The notes: generated from the letters alone by a model not told the origin. DNA of 64,000 bases from an uncultured Spirochaetaceae bacterium (GCA_944389145.1 CALXLH010000026.1:177-64176), one strand, 5' to 3'. Numbered from the stretch's first letter, positions 1 through 9,696 are shown. Program-made: numbers and translations.

Positions 1-481
1 TCTGAAAGCCATTTGCCTCATAGAGTCCCACAAGCTCGTCGGTACAGTCCAATGAGATGAAGCGACCACCTACATACTCCTGTGCGTTGAGGGCATAGCC
101 TGTGACCATATCCACGATATCCTCAAGGCTGAGCATACCCTTCGGCGTGGAATCCTCACGTGCAAGCTGACCAAGGAGGAAGCAGGGGACGGTGGAGGCT
201 GAGTTGCGGCCATAGCCTCTCATCTTCCGCTTCATCGTGTTTGATATCCCTTCCGGTATCCTCATGCAGGCAAGGGACAGGGTGAAGTAGCCCTTAAGCC
301 TATAGGAATCGTCAACTAGCAGATATGCCCGCGAATTGTGAGCCTTTTGATATGGAATGGCACTTTCCCTTATGAATCTCTGAACATCAAGGTTTCTCTC
401 AACGGAGAATTCGGATAATGCCTTCCTTGATTCTTCATCACCCAGGGTTGAGATGAATCTTGGTAGTGTGAATACCCTCAT
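1..481 (-). CDS. GNAT-family N-acetyltransferase, TacT/AtaT-like type II toxin candidate (C-terminus runs off the left window edge)
   Basis: Absent from the ORF track because it is truncated. My translation of the minus strand from ATG (481-479) gives MRVFTLPRFISTLGDEESRKALSEFSVERNLDVQRFIRESAIPYQKAHNSRAYLLVDDSYRLKGYFTLSLACMRIPEG...STVPCFLLGQLAREDSTPKG... The frame stays open to base 1. The F..LD.F....A and P.fLLGqLA segments match my recollection of GNAT toxins. ATGA start/stop overlap with ORF 478..678. Confidence 0.65.
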   Translation of the reverse strand, partial: MRVFTLPRFISTLGDEESRKALSEFSVERNLDVQRFIRESAIPYQKAHNSRAYLLVDDSYRLKGYFTLSLACMRIPEGISNTMKRKMRGYGRNSASTVPCFLLGQLAREDSTPKGMLSLEDIVDMVTGYALNAQEYVGGRFISLDCTDELVGLYEANGFQ

Positions 482-678
482 TTATCCACCCCATAGGCCT
501 TTCTGAGCTTTTCACAATCCTCTTCCGTTATCGTGGTCATCTCCTTGAACTTCTTCTGATATTCGGGAGTCTTTACCCGCCTGACGGATACCGAGCCTTC
601 ATCGATGGCCTTCTCAAGGTTCTTGATGCCCCAGTCCGTATTCACCTCGAATGTCCTGCTGAATGATTCCGTAGCCAT
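478..678 (-). CDS. small protein (66 aa), candidate antitoxin partner of the GNAT toxin
   Basis: ORF track. It lies immediately upstream of the GNAT ORF and overlaps it by 4 nt (ATGA). SD-like AAGGAG precedes the ATG. No family recognised. Confidence 0.5.
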   Translation of the reverse strand: MATESFSRTFEVNTDWGIKNLEKAIDEGSVSVRRVKTPEYQKKFKEMTTITEEDCEKLRKAYGVDK

Positions 679-690
679 CTTCTCGCTCCT

Positions 691-727
691 TGATAAGATT
701 ATCAGGGGGGAGGAATACGGGCGTCAA
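691..727 (-). promoter_or_regulatory. sigma-70-like promoter with an overlapping inverted repeat, upstream of the toxin/partner pair
   Basis: Minus strand reads TTGACG (plus-strand 722-727), an 18-nt spacer, then GATAAT (698-703). Inverted repeat TGATAA-GA-TTATCA at 691-704 overlaps the -10, as expected for an autoregulated TA operator. Confidence 0.45.
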
Positions 728-802
728 TGGTCATAAGCGGCCATTTCATTTCAGGCTCCAAGGGCCTGTCCCTTCTGCGCTTTTGTGTGCGATAATCCTC
801 CT

Positions 803-2020
803 ATGATACCTAGAGAGGCCATTAGGAACAGATTTCTCCGCTATGTGTCTTATGATACGATGTCAGATTCCTCGATGGTGGGGAAGCGGCGTCCTACGAC
901 CGAAGGTCAGGAGGCGCTGCAGAGAGCGCTCATTGAGGAGCTTGAGGAGCTTGGCCTCAGGACGTACTACGGTGAGGAGAAGGTCGTGATGGGGACGCTC
1001 GATGGCAACGCCCCTGGCATTCCTCTGGCGCTGATGGCCCATGTCGATACCTCAGATGCTGTTGCGGGAAACGGGGTCAGGCCGAGGGTCATATCCTCAT
1101 ATGATGGCTCTCCGATAGTCCTTGATGGCGCTGTCATCGATCCTTCATCCGATTCTGACCTTCTTGATTACATAGGCTCTGAGATCATCACATCATCTGG
1201 CGATACGCTTCTTGGCTCCGATGATAAGGCCGGCATCGCGATAATCCTTGCTGTGCTTGAGAAGATCGTCTCCGATGGCATCCCTCATCCGACGATCGAG
1301 GTCTTCTTCACCCCAGATGAGGAGACTGGATCCGGGATGGATGCCTTCCCTTATGGGAGGATGGTGTCGAAGAGGTGCTATACGATCGATGGCGAGCGTG
1401 AGGGAGAGGTGGAGACGGAGTGCTTCAATGCCGCGTCCGTATCGATAAGGATCACCGGCGATGTCGTGCACCCTGGATCGGGACGGGGACGCATTCATAA
1501 TGCCGCCACCGCAGCCTGCCATATCGTGTCATCGCTTCCTTCCTCGGAGAGCCCTGAGGCGACCGATGGACGCTATGGCTACTATGGCGTGGATAGCATC
1601 TGTGGAACGGCGGGAGAAGCTTCCGTATCGCTTTTCCTGCGGGATTTTGACTTTACGGAGCTTGAGCGGCGCATAGAGGCCGTCAAGGCTGCTGCAAGGA
1701 GCGCTGAGCTTCTGTACCGCGTGCGTGCCGATGTCTCTGCTGATATCCAGTACAGGAACATGAAGGAGGCGAACATCCTCCATCCTGAGGCATATGAGGC
1801 GATCCGCAGGGCCGCAGGAAGGATCGGGCAGGCGCTGGATGAGCGCATCATCAGGGGCGGTACCGATGGCGCAAGGCTTGCAGAGCGCGGGATTCCGTCT
1901 CCAAATATCTTCACCGGTGGCCATAATCTCCATTCCTGCCGGGAATGGGTGGCTGTCGAGGCGATGGGAAGGGCTGCGGATCTCGTGCTTGCCATCGTGG
2001 AAGAGGGGGTCTCCAGATGA
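803..2020 (+). CDS. pepT: peptidase T (tripeptide aminopeptidase, M20B)
   Basis: Motifs MAHVDTSD, GSDDKAGIAI, FTPDEETG and a length of about 405 aa. Start moved from the track GTG 785 to ATG 803 (MIPREAIRNRFLRYV), the usual PepT N-terminus. Confidence 0.85.
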   Translation: MIPREAIRNRFLRYVSYDTMSDSSMVGKRRPTTEGQEALQRALIEELEELGLRTYYGEEKVVMGTLDGNAPGIPLALMAHVDTSDAVAGNGVRPRVISSYDGSPIVLDGAVIDPSSDSDLLDYIGSEIITSSGDTLLGSDDKAGIAIILAVLEKIVSDGIPHPTIEVFFTPDEETGSGMDAFPYGRMVSKRCYTIDGEREGEVETECFNAASVSIRITGDVVHPGSGRGRIHNAATAACHIVSSLPSSESPEATDGRYGYYGVDSICGTAGEASVSLFLRDFDFTELERRIEAVKAAARSAELLYRVRADVSADIQYRNMKEANILHPEAYEAIRRAAGRIGQALDERIIRGGTDGARLAERGIPSPNIFTGGHNLHSCREWVAVEAMGRAADLVLAIVEEGVSR

Positions 2021-2976
2021 GACGGCTCCTTCTGCTTCTGCTGCTGATGCTTCCTGTGCTATCCCTTAATGCGAATGAGATCGTCTTTGATGATTCCGTG
2101 CCTGGCGACGTCAGGAGAACGCTTGAGGATAGCATCGCACGCTGGACGGAGGGCCGGGGTGATATATTCGTGCGTATCTCCGGCTATGAGGAGGATACCC
2201 AGACATTCGAAGACCGTACCCTTGCCACGTTCGAGGCTGTCTCGGGTGATCTTTCGCTTACTGTCAATGCGATAGGGCGCGACAGGGAGGAGCTTCTTGA
2301 TTCCGTGGAGGCTGAGGTAAGGAACATCCTCTTCTACGAGGAGTCCCTGATGGCTCCCGGTCTCAGGCTGGATTATGTCTATCAGGGGTCGTATTCGTTC
2401 CTTTCCTCCGATTATTACCGCAGGGGCATCAGGCTTGCCGCCGTGGACTCAGATGATCGCGTGCGAGGCCTGTTCGAGGTTGCCGAGCGCTATGACGGAG
2501 CCGTGCTTCTGGAGCCTGTGTTCCTTTCGGATCCCGTTCCCGGGCTTCGGCTTGAGGAGAGAGGGGAGTGGACGCTGTCGCTGACGGCTGCCACCGGCTT
2601 TGACTTCTCCTCTCCATCGGTCGAGGTGACGGGGGCTGTCGGACGCTCCGACCTGATCTATCCATTCATGCCGCTGCTCTCCCTGACCTACCGGCTGAGC
2701 GGCGGTGAGTCCTATTGCTATGGAGGCATAGGCATAGGCGCATCGCTTGATCTCTGGAGGATATTCCCGACCTTCTCCTTCACGCTTATCGAGGAGGGCA
2801 GGATACAGGCCGATGCATCGCTTCTCCTAGGCGCTGGACCTGATGGCTTCGACTGGAAGGGCCGCTTCTCCGTCTCTTATGAGCATTCTCCGACCCCATC
2901 GTTCTTCTGGAGGCTCGGATATCTTAGTTTCCAGGGAGAGCATATGCTGATCCTCGGAGGGGGAGGCCGCTTCTGA
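2017..2976 (+). CDS. secreted hypothetical protein, possible outer-membrane beta-barrel
   Basis: ATG 2017 overlaps the pepT stop (ATGA). Signal-peptide-like MRRLLLLLLLMLPVLSLNA. Alternating hydrophobic pattern and a C-terminal ...GGGGRF (terminal Phe). Confidence 0.5.
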   Translation: MRRLLLLLLLMLPVLSLNANEIVFDDSVPGDVRRTLEDSIARWTEGRGDIFVRISGYEEDTQTFEDRTLATFEAVSGDLSLTVNAIGRDREELLDSVEAEVRNILFYEESLMAPGLRLDYVYQGSYSFLSSDYYRRGIRLAAVDSDDRVRGLFEVAERYDGAVLLEPVFLSDPVPGLRLEERGEWTLSLTAATGFDFSSPSVEVTGAVGRSDLIYPFMPLLSLTYRLSGGESYCYGGIGIGASLDLWRIFPTFSFTLIEEGRIQADASLLLGAGPDGFDWKGRFSVSYEHSPTPSFFWRLGYLSFQGEHMLILGGGGRF

Positions 2977-2996
2977 GACGTATCATACCGCTTCTG

Positions 2997-4337
2997 ATGG
3001 CACTTCTTCTCCTTTTCTCATGCGCCTCCGGCTTCGTTCCCGTCGATGGTCCGGACTGGATACTCGATCCTCCTCGCGTTCCTGATTCCGTCGTCTTCGT
3101 CGGGGAAGGCTTCGGCAATACGGAGAGCGAGGCCAGGGCAGGGGCTTATCGCGATGTCCTGGAAGCGATGGAGGGAGAGCTTGGCATCTCCGTGCTTATC
3201 CCATACTACAGGGAGTTCTACAGCACCGATCGCATAAGCATGTTCGGGACGTATGTCAATGGCACTTACTCGGTAGCTGCCGACGGGGGGTACTATCATT
3301 TCATACTGGCAGTCACTCCTTCAGAGAGCTTCTATGCCCAGCGTAGCGAGGAGTACCTCGATGCCATAGAGCGGGAGAATGATATAGGCAGGCTCCTCTC
3401 CTCAGCCTCTGCCCATTACCGCGCCAATGAGGATACGGCGGCGCTTGAGGATGTCCTTGCCGCTCTCTCCCTTTCCCTTGATGGGAATCAGGAGGCAGGG
3501 CGCTATGCCCCGGAGGACCTTCTTGCAAGGGCCATGGAGTACGTTTCCAATATAACGATAAGGGTCGATAAGCCATATGGCGATGCCATCTGCCTTGTCT
3601 CCGTCACCAGGGACAAGGGGCCTTTCCCTCCTCCTGTCCGCAATGGCCGTATCGATGTCAGCTATACGATGATGGATAATTCCGGCAATCTCTTCGAGGA
3701 TAGCGTCTCTGCAATGAGCGGAAGCAATGGCCGCTTCGAGTTCAATGTGACTAATCCTTATACTGCAAGGAGAGGGACGCTGCGCTTTTCGGTCCATCTT
3801 CCGGAGGATATCATAGAGGCGATAAGGCTAAAGAGCGAAGAAGGGTTCATCGATCCTCTGCTGGAGCTTGTGGCGGCCCGGAGCGTTGCCTATCCTTATG
3901 CCATTCCGCCGGCCTTCCCTCCTGAGGATACGATAATAGCAGTCGCTTCATACATGATGGATGGCCGCTTCCTCTATTCCGATGATGCCATGACGGCCTT
4001 TTCTGACCAGCTGCGCACTGCCGGGCTGGAATATGAGACGGTGGCTGCGATGGGAGAGGATGAGGCTGATATGCTTGCCTCCCTCATAAGGGATTATCCT
4101 GATAAGCGATATATCGTGACGGTATATCTAGGCCTCTCTGATTACCGCGAGGCCTTCGATTCCGTCTATGTGCGCATCGATGGCCGAGTATCGATCATCG
4201 ATACCGATACGGCGGACCTGATCGCACAGAGGACGGTCTTCGTCTCTGAGAGAGGTGAGGATGCGGAGAGCGCTGAGCGGCTGGCGTTCGAGCGTGGGGC
4301 CCGGATCGCGGGAGGAATGCTCCTCAGGTACCTCTAG
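2997..4337 (+). CDS. hypothetical lipoprotein
   Basis: MALLLLFSCASG contains a lipobox-like LFSC. The N-terminus is uncertain: in-frame upstream codons encode RRIIPLL but offer no ATG/GTG/TTG. Confidence 0.5.
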   Translation: MALLLLFSCASGFVPVDGPDWILDPPRVPDSVVFVGEGFGNTESEARAGAYRDVLEAMEGELGISVLIPYYREFYSTDRISMFGTYVNGTYSVAADGGYYHFILAVTPSESFYAQRSEEYLDAIERENDIGRLLSSASAHYRANEDTAALEDVLAALSLSLDGNQEAGRYAPEDLLARAMEYVSNITIRVDKPYGDAICLVSVTRDKGPFPPPVRNGRIDVSYTMMDNSGNLFEDSVSAMSGSNGRFEFNVTNPYTARRGTLRFSVHLPEDIIEAIRLKSEEGFIDPLLELVAARSVAYPYAIPPAFPPEDTIIAVASYMMDGRFLYSDDAMTAFSDQLRTAGLEYETVAAMGEDEADMLASLIRDYPDKRYIVTVYLGLSDYREAFDSVYVRIDGRVSIIDTDTADLIAQRTVFVSERGEDAESAERLAFERGARIAGGMLLRYL

Positions 4338-5163
4338 AGACGGAGAGGAGGGTGGCTATCTCATCCTTCCATCTTGACTCATCCGGCGTCTCAAGCACGA
4401 GGGGAATGCCATCTGCGGCATCCATGCGTACGATCTCCATGAAAGCCTCCATGCCGATCAGGCCGAGGCCGAGGCTCTCATGCCTGTCCTTGTGCGAGGA
4501 AAGCGGGACCTTCGAGTCATTCAGATGCATCCCGTAGAGCTTATCGCGGCCGAAGCGTGAGAGGAAGGAGTCCATCACGCCTGTGATATCCTCCTTGACA
4601 TCATAGCCCGCTCCGAAGAGATGCGCCGTATCGAGAGTGATCCCGAGCCGGTCCTCGTTCCGGGAAAGGGAGATCAGCTGGTCAAGCTCCTCGAATGTCG
4701 AGCCAAGCACCGTTCCTGCTCCCGCCGTGTTCTCCACCGCTATCCTGAGCGTGGGGTAGGCGTCAAGGATCCTGTCCATCATGGCCGCCGAGCGCTCAAG
4801 CCCGTCCCTGCGCTCTCCTTCCTTGTATGCGCCGGGATGGATGTTGATCGTGCTCAGCCCCAGCGTGATGACTCGCCCTGCCTCATCGGAGAAGAGCGCC
4901 TCTGACTTCCTTCTCAGATCCTCGTCCGGAGTCGCCGGATTGATTAGATAGCCTGCATGGGGGAGGACGGCATCCGGAGAATAGCCATGCCTTTCCATTG
5001 CTGTCCTGAAGGCGGCGATGCTCTCATCCTCAAGCGCTGCGGCGCTCCATACCCTCTGGTTCTTGGTGAATATCGCGAAGCCAGTCGCTCCGAGCGCGGA
5101 GGCTCTCTCCGGGGCAAGCGCCACCGATGATGCGATAGATACATGTGGTCCGATATAAAGCAT
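4324..5163 (-). CDS. nfo: endonuclease IV (AP endonuclease 2 family)
   Basis: Motifs IHPGAY, VENTAGAG, LDTAHLF, HLNDSK. Start set at MLYIGPHVS (ATG 5163). The track start at 5433 would add about 90 aa and overlap the divergent M16 gene. Confidence 0.85.
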   Translation of the reverse strand: MLYIGPHVSIASSVALAPERASALGATGFAIFTKNQRVWSAAALEDESIAAFRTAMERHGYSPDAVLPHAGYLINPATPDEDLRRKSEALFSDEAGRVITLGLSTINIHPGAYKEGERRDGLERSAAMMDRILDAYPTLRIAVENTAGAGTVLGSTFEELDQLISLSRNEDRLGITLDTAHLFGAGYDVKEDITGVMDSFLSRFGRDKLYGMHLNDSKVPLSSHKDRHESLGLGLIGMEAFMEIVRMDAADGIPLVLETPDESRWKDEIATLLSVSRGT

Positions 5164-5217
5164 GGAAAGACTGTAGCGTGGATTGCCTTCCCCGTCAAAC
5201 AATGCTAAGTTCGTCAC

Positions 5218-8100
5218 ATGGATCATATCGAGAAAGGCCGGCGTGGTTCCGGGTTCAGGGTCGTCGATGTCAGCAATCTTCCTGATTATAAGGCTGAAGG
5301 CGTGCTGTTCGAGCATGAGAGGACAGGCTTCAAGGTCTACTTCGTCCGATCTTCCGATAGCGAGCGCTTCTTCTGCTATACGGTCTATACACCGCCTGAG
5401 AACGGCAAGGGAATCTCGCATATAATAGAGCATACCGTGCTTGCCGGGAGCGAGCGCTATCCTGTGAAGGATCCCTTCATGCTCCTTGCCCGCAACAGCT
5501 GCAATACCTTTCTCAACGCGCTTACAGGCGTTGACAGGACGTACTATCCTGCGGCGTCCACGGTGATGAAGGACTTTGACAATATCTTTTCCATCTATAC
5601 CGACGCCGTCTTCTCTCCTCTTCTGAGGAAGGAGACATTCATGCAGGAAGGCATAAGGCTTTCAGGAAAGGGCGGCCTGCACTTCGAGGGCGTGGTGTTC
5701 TCCGAGATGCTGGGCGAGATGGCAGAGCATGAGTTCGTCCTCTCCTCGCTTTCCACGAAGCCGCTTTTCGGGGACTCCCCGTATCAGCATGAATCGGGCG
5801 GTGACGGAAGGGAGATCTGCCGCCTGACGTATCAGGAGTATAAGGACGCGTATTCAAGGTTCTACGTTCCTGCCAACATGACGCTCTTCCTCTATGGGGA
5901 TATGGATATATGGGAGAAGCTATCATTCCTGGACAGGGAATATCTTGCCTGCCGTGAGGGAGGCGTCAGGACTGAGCGCATCCTGCCGGCCCGGCGCTGG
6001 AGCATTCCGCGCAAGGCAGTTGCCTCGTCTCCGGCCGAGGCTGGCGATGAGGGAGCCTCGGTCATGGTCTCCTGGCTCCTCGGGGATAATGCCAGGGCCG
6101 GGGAGAGTACGCTTCTTTCGCTGATGGTGGACCTTCTGCTTGGCTCATCCGGCTGTCCTTTATATAAGGCGATCGCCGAATCGGATCTCGGCACGGATCT
6201 CTCATCGGAGAGCGGCATGTCATCAAGCTATCGCGATCTGGTGTTCTCTGCCGGCTTCTCTGGAGCCAGGGAGGAGGACGCGGAGAGGATAGAGGAGCAT
6301 ATACTCTCATCCCTTCGCAAGATCGTCAGCGATGGCTTCGGGGAGAGGGCGATAGAGGCCGCCATCAGGCGCATGGAGTTCTCCCTCAAGGAGATTCCCG
6401 GAGGCATGCCGATGGGAATGCGGCTTTTCTTCCAGGCGGAGAAGGCCCTCACGTTCGGTACCGATCCAGCCCTCATGCTCGCTCCTTCGGCGATCATAGC
6501 CTCTATCCGTAGGCGATGGGGCGAGGATCACCGCTTCTTTGAGCATTGGATCGAGCGCAACCTCATCGATAACCCCCACCGCCTGCTTGCCGTGGTACGC
6601 AAGGACAGCATGGAGAGGGAGCGCATAGACAGCGCGATAGAAGAGGTGCTTGAGGAAAGGAAGGGAGAGTACTCTGCCCAGGAGGAGGCTGCATTCGACG
6701 CGTTCCAGGCCCGTCCTGATTCCACTGAGGCGCTTTCCTCAGTGCCAAGGCTTGAGGTAGGCGATCTTCCGTCATCCTTTGAAAGGATAGCGCATGAGAT
6801 CAGCGGACAGGTGATCTCCGCCCCGATGGTCACGGGCGGCGTCGTCTATACGGATATCGTGTTCGATATATCAGACCTGGATTACGATGAGCTTGATTAC
6901 GCGAACCTCTATTCACGCATGCTCTCGATGTGCGATGCCGGTGATATGGACTATTCGACGCTGCAGACGGAGCTTCGGTTCGTCTCCGGAGGCTATGCCT
7001 TCTTCGTCGAGTCCGGTTCCACTGTCGACGGCGAGGCCAGGGTATTCCTGGTATGCCGCCTTAAGTCGCTTCCCGGGCTGGAGAAGGATGGGCTTGACCT
7101 CTTCCTGCGCCTCTTCATGGAAGGGAGGATCGATGATGGGAAGAGGATCCGCGCGGCCCTTACGGATATCTCAACGGATTACCAGAGCTCGATAGTCCAG
7201 AGCGGACAGACCTATGCCATGAGCGCCGCAGCGGCATCTCTCAGCCCTTCGCTATATATCGGCGAGAGGCTTTCGGGCATAAGCTGCTGGTATACGGTCG
7301 AGGATATGCTCTCCTCAGATGCCTCCGTGCTTGGAAGGAGGCTTATCGCGATCAGGGATAAGATCATTGCTAAGGGGAGGGCTACCGTACATGTGACTGC
7401 GGAGAGCGAGGATATCGGGAAGGCTGCCGAGGCTGCGAGGCGCTTCCTGTCCGCCCTTCCGGAAGGAAGCAGGGCCGGGAGGATCGACCGGATCGTTCCG
7501 CCTCTTCCGCATCTCTCCGCATTCACGCTGTCTTCCCCTGTCTCGTTCATCGGCATGGCTGGACGGGCCCGGTCCATGCCGGACCCGCTCTCCTCAGCTG
7601 ACAGGATATTCCTCTCGATCCTCTCCACGACCGGCCTCTGGAACCTGGTGAGGGAGAAGGGAGGCGCGTATGGCGTAGGTGCCTATCTTGACTACATCGA
7701 GAGGATATGGTCGTTCTATTCCTACCGTGATCCTCGCCTTGACGGTACGATCGGCGACCTGAGGAAGGCTGTCGAGGGATTCAGCGTCACCGATTCACAG
7801 CTTTCCGATGCGCTTATCGCCGAGTTATCGCGTTCCCTCAAGCCGACTGTTCCCGCGATCAGATCCCTTGTGGATATCAGGAGGATCCTCTACCGCATCG
7901 CCGATGAGGACAGGGAACGCAAGCGCCGTGAGATCCTTGCCCTGACCAGGGATGATATAATGGCTTCGCGTGACCGCTTCCTTTCCTCCCTCTCCGATGG
8001 GGCTATCGCGGTGGTTGCCGACAGGAGCGCTGTCGAATCCTCCCTGCATGGCTTCGATGCCAGGAGCCTTCCTTTCTCCTCTGTGGTACAATCGAGGTGA
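5218..8100 (+). CDS. M16-family zinc metallopeptidase, PreP-like (about 960 aa)
   Basis: Inverted zincin motif HIIEH near the N-terminus. The length is typical of the M16C presequence-protease-like group. Confidence 0.8.
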   Translation: MDHIEKGRRGSGFRVVDVSNLPDYKAEGVLFEHERTGFKVYFVRSSDSERFFCYTVYTPPENGKGISHIIEHTVLAGSERYPVKDPFMLLARNSCNTFLNALTGVDRTYYPAASTVMKDFDNIFSIYTDAVFSPLLRKETFMQEGIRLSGKGGLHFEGVVFSEMLGEMAEHEFVLSSLSTKPLFGDSPYQHESGGDGREICRLTYQEYKDAYSRFYVPANMTLFLYGDMDIWEKLSFLDREYLACREGGVRTERILPARRWSIPRKAVASSPAEAGDEGASVMVSWLLGDNARAGESTLLSLMVDLLLGSSGCPLYKAIAESDLGTDLSSESGMSSSYRDLVFSAGFSGAREEDAERIEEHILSSLRKIVSDGFGERAIEAAIRRMEFSLKEIPGGMPMGMRLFFQAEKALTFGTDPALMLAPSAIIASIRRRWGEDHRFFEHWIERNLIDNPHRLLAVVRKDSMERERIDSAIEEVLEERKGEYSAQEEAAFDAFQARPDSTEALSSVPRLEVGDLPSSFERIAHEISGQVISAPMVTGGVVYTDIVFDISDLDYDELDYANLYSRMLSMCDAGDMDYSTLQTELRFVSGGYAFFVESGSTVDGEARVFLVCRLKSLPGLEKDGLDLFLRLFMEGRIDDGKRIRAALTDISTDYQSSIVQSGQTYAMSAAAASLSPSLYIGERLSGISCWYTVEDMLSSDASVLGRRLIAIRDKIIAKGRATVHVTAESEDIGKAAEAARRFLSALPEGSRAGRIDRIVPPLPHLSAFTLSSPVSFIGMAGRARSMPDPLSSADRIFLSILSTTGLWNLVREKGGAYGVGAYLDYIERIWSFYSYRDPRLDGTIGDLRKAVEGFSVTDSQLSDALIAELSRSLKPTVPAIRSLVDIRRILYRIADEDRERKRREILALTRDDIMASRDRFLSSLSDGAIAVVADRSAVESSLHGFDARSLPFSSVVQSR

Positions 8101-8157
8101 TAATCGGATGACAAGGCAAGGCAAAACAAGTTACGATTCTGCAAGGAAGGAGATGGA

Positions 8158-8973
8158 ATGTTCCAGGTATTCGCGGAGCTGAGTGCGTTAAGCTATGTGA
8201 GATTGTTCTTGGAGACAGCGGTGCTGGCCTTCGTGATCTACCGCATATATGTCGCGATATCCGATACGAAGGCGACGGAGATGTTGGGCATCATATTCAC
8301 GGTAGCGATCGCCTATCTGATCTTCTCTGTCCTGGACCTCGACGTGCTGACGCTGATAATCGAGAAGCTCCTGCTTCCGTTCCTGATGATCCTGTGCGTC
8401 TTCTACCATCCGGAGCTGCGCCGCGCCTTCTCCTCCTCGTTCACGAGGAAGTCGAGGTTCTTCCGCATCGGCGTGCAGACGACGAGCGAGCAGATCGATT
8501 CAATACTCAATGCCTGCAACATACTCGTTGAGAAGAAGAGGGGAGCCTTGATCGTCTTCCCGAGGCATACTGATATCCAGTCGATACTTGATTCCGGGAC
8601 GAAGGTGAACGCGGATCTCTCATCCACGCTGCTCCTGACGATATTCGATCATGATACGCCGCTCCATGACGGGGCCGCGGTGGTCATAGGCGGCAGGATC
8701 GCCTATGCTGCCTGCTATCTGCCGCTTTCTGAGCAGAAGGGGATAAAGGCCACGTTCGGGACAAGGCACAGGGCCGCGCTCGGGCTTGCGGAGGCGTCTG
8801 ACGCCATCGTGCTTGTCGTCTCTGAGGAGACTGGCGCGATATCCCTGGCATATAATGCCAATATCTACTACAACCTCTCGAATTCGACGATAAAGCGCAC
8901 CCTCCTGTCGCTGTTCAGCTACCGCGATGTGCTGCCGCAGGATGCGAAGGAGGCCGTGAATGAAGCAGAGTAA
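8158..8973 (+). CDS. cdaA: diadenylate cyclase CdaA (DisA_N domain, membrane-anchored)
   Basis: N-terminal TM helices. Motifs LHDGAAVV and GTRHRAALG. SD AAGGAGA precedes the ATG. Confidence 0.9.
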   Translation: MFQVFAELSALSYVRLFLETAVLAFVIYRIYVAISDTKATEMLGIIFTVAIAYLIFSVLDLDVLTLIIEKLLLPFLMILCVFYHPELRRAFSSSFTRKSRFFRIGVQTTSEQIDSILNACNILVEKKRGALIVFPRHTDIQSILDSGTKVNADLSSTLLLTIFDHDTPLHDGAAVVIGGRIAYAACYLPLSEQKGIKATFGTRHRAALGLAEASDAIVLVVSEETGAISLAYNANIYYNLSNSTIKRTLLSLFSYRDVLPQDAKEAVNEAE

Positions 8974-9361
8974 GATCATATCCACGCTCCTGAATAACTG
9001 GGTGGCCAAGATATTCTCGATTCTGATCGCGCTCTTCATCGTCATATCGGTGCGGTTCCTGAACATCAATGACAGGGTGGTGACGATTCCCCTGGATGTT
9101 ACGCTTCCATCCGGTTATGAGGCTCTCTCCCTCATTCCCAGCACCGTCGATGTCGTGATAACCGGCGATGACAGCATCATCTATCTCGTCGATCCTGTGC
9201 ATATAAAGGCCTATGCCGACTTCTCGGATGTCTCCGGCGCGGGCATCACCCGTGTTCCTATAACCCTTGATTACGATGGTGATATCTTCACGGCTGACGG
9301 CCTTACCGTCTCTGCGCGTCCTTCCAGCGTCAGGATACTCTTTGAGGAAAAGGGCCTGTGA
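8960..9361 (+). CDS. YbbR-domain protein (CdaR-like, single domain)
   Basis: TM anchor plus a YbbR-like beta-rich segment. It overlaps the cdaA 3' end by 14 nt, matching the canonical cdaA-cdaR position. Confidence 0.65.
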   Translation: MKQSKIISTLLNNWVAKIFSILIALFIVISVRFLNINDRVVTIPLDVTLPSGYEALSLIPSTVDVVITGDDSIIYLVDPVHIKAYADFSDVSGAGITRVPITLDYDGDIFTADGLTVSARPSSVRILFEEKGL

Positions 9362-9696
9362 TAAGGGGCATTGGCGTGGATATATGCAGATGCAGCCGCT
9401 TCGAAGGGAAGGAGAGGCGATTCCTGGAGAGGATCTTCTCTCCAGAGGAGATTTCGGCTTCTTCCGGTCCTGAATATCTTGCCTCGCGCTTCGCCGCGAA
9501 GGAGGCGTTCTCCAAGGCCCTGGGGACAGGCATAAGGGGATTCTCCCTCAGGGAGATAACGGTGAGGGAGGATGAGGCTGGAAAGCCATACTTCCATCTT
9601 GAGGGCCGTGCCCTCTCCGTCTCATCCGGCCTTTCGTTCCATCTTTCGATATCCCATGAGCGCGAGTATGCTGTTGCGATGGTGGTGGCGGAGTGA
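9358..9696 (+). CDS. acpS: holo-[acyl-carrier-protein] synthase
   Basis: GIGVDI motif, 112 aa. GTG start overlaps the previous stop (GTGA). Confidence 0.85.
   Translation: MIRGIGVDICRCSRFEGKERRFLERIFSPEEISASSGPEYLASRFAAKEAFSKALGTGIRGFSLREITVREDEAGKPYFHLEGRALSVSSGLSFHLSISHEREYAVAMVVAE

Noticed and set aside
4324-5433. A 369-aa version of endonuclease IV with a 90-aa N-terminal extension.
   Set aside because: The extension overlaps the divergent M16 peptidase gene (from 5218) and has no Nfo-like sequence. The canonical Nfo N-terminus MLYIGPHVS starts at 5163.
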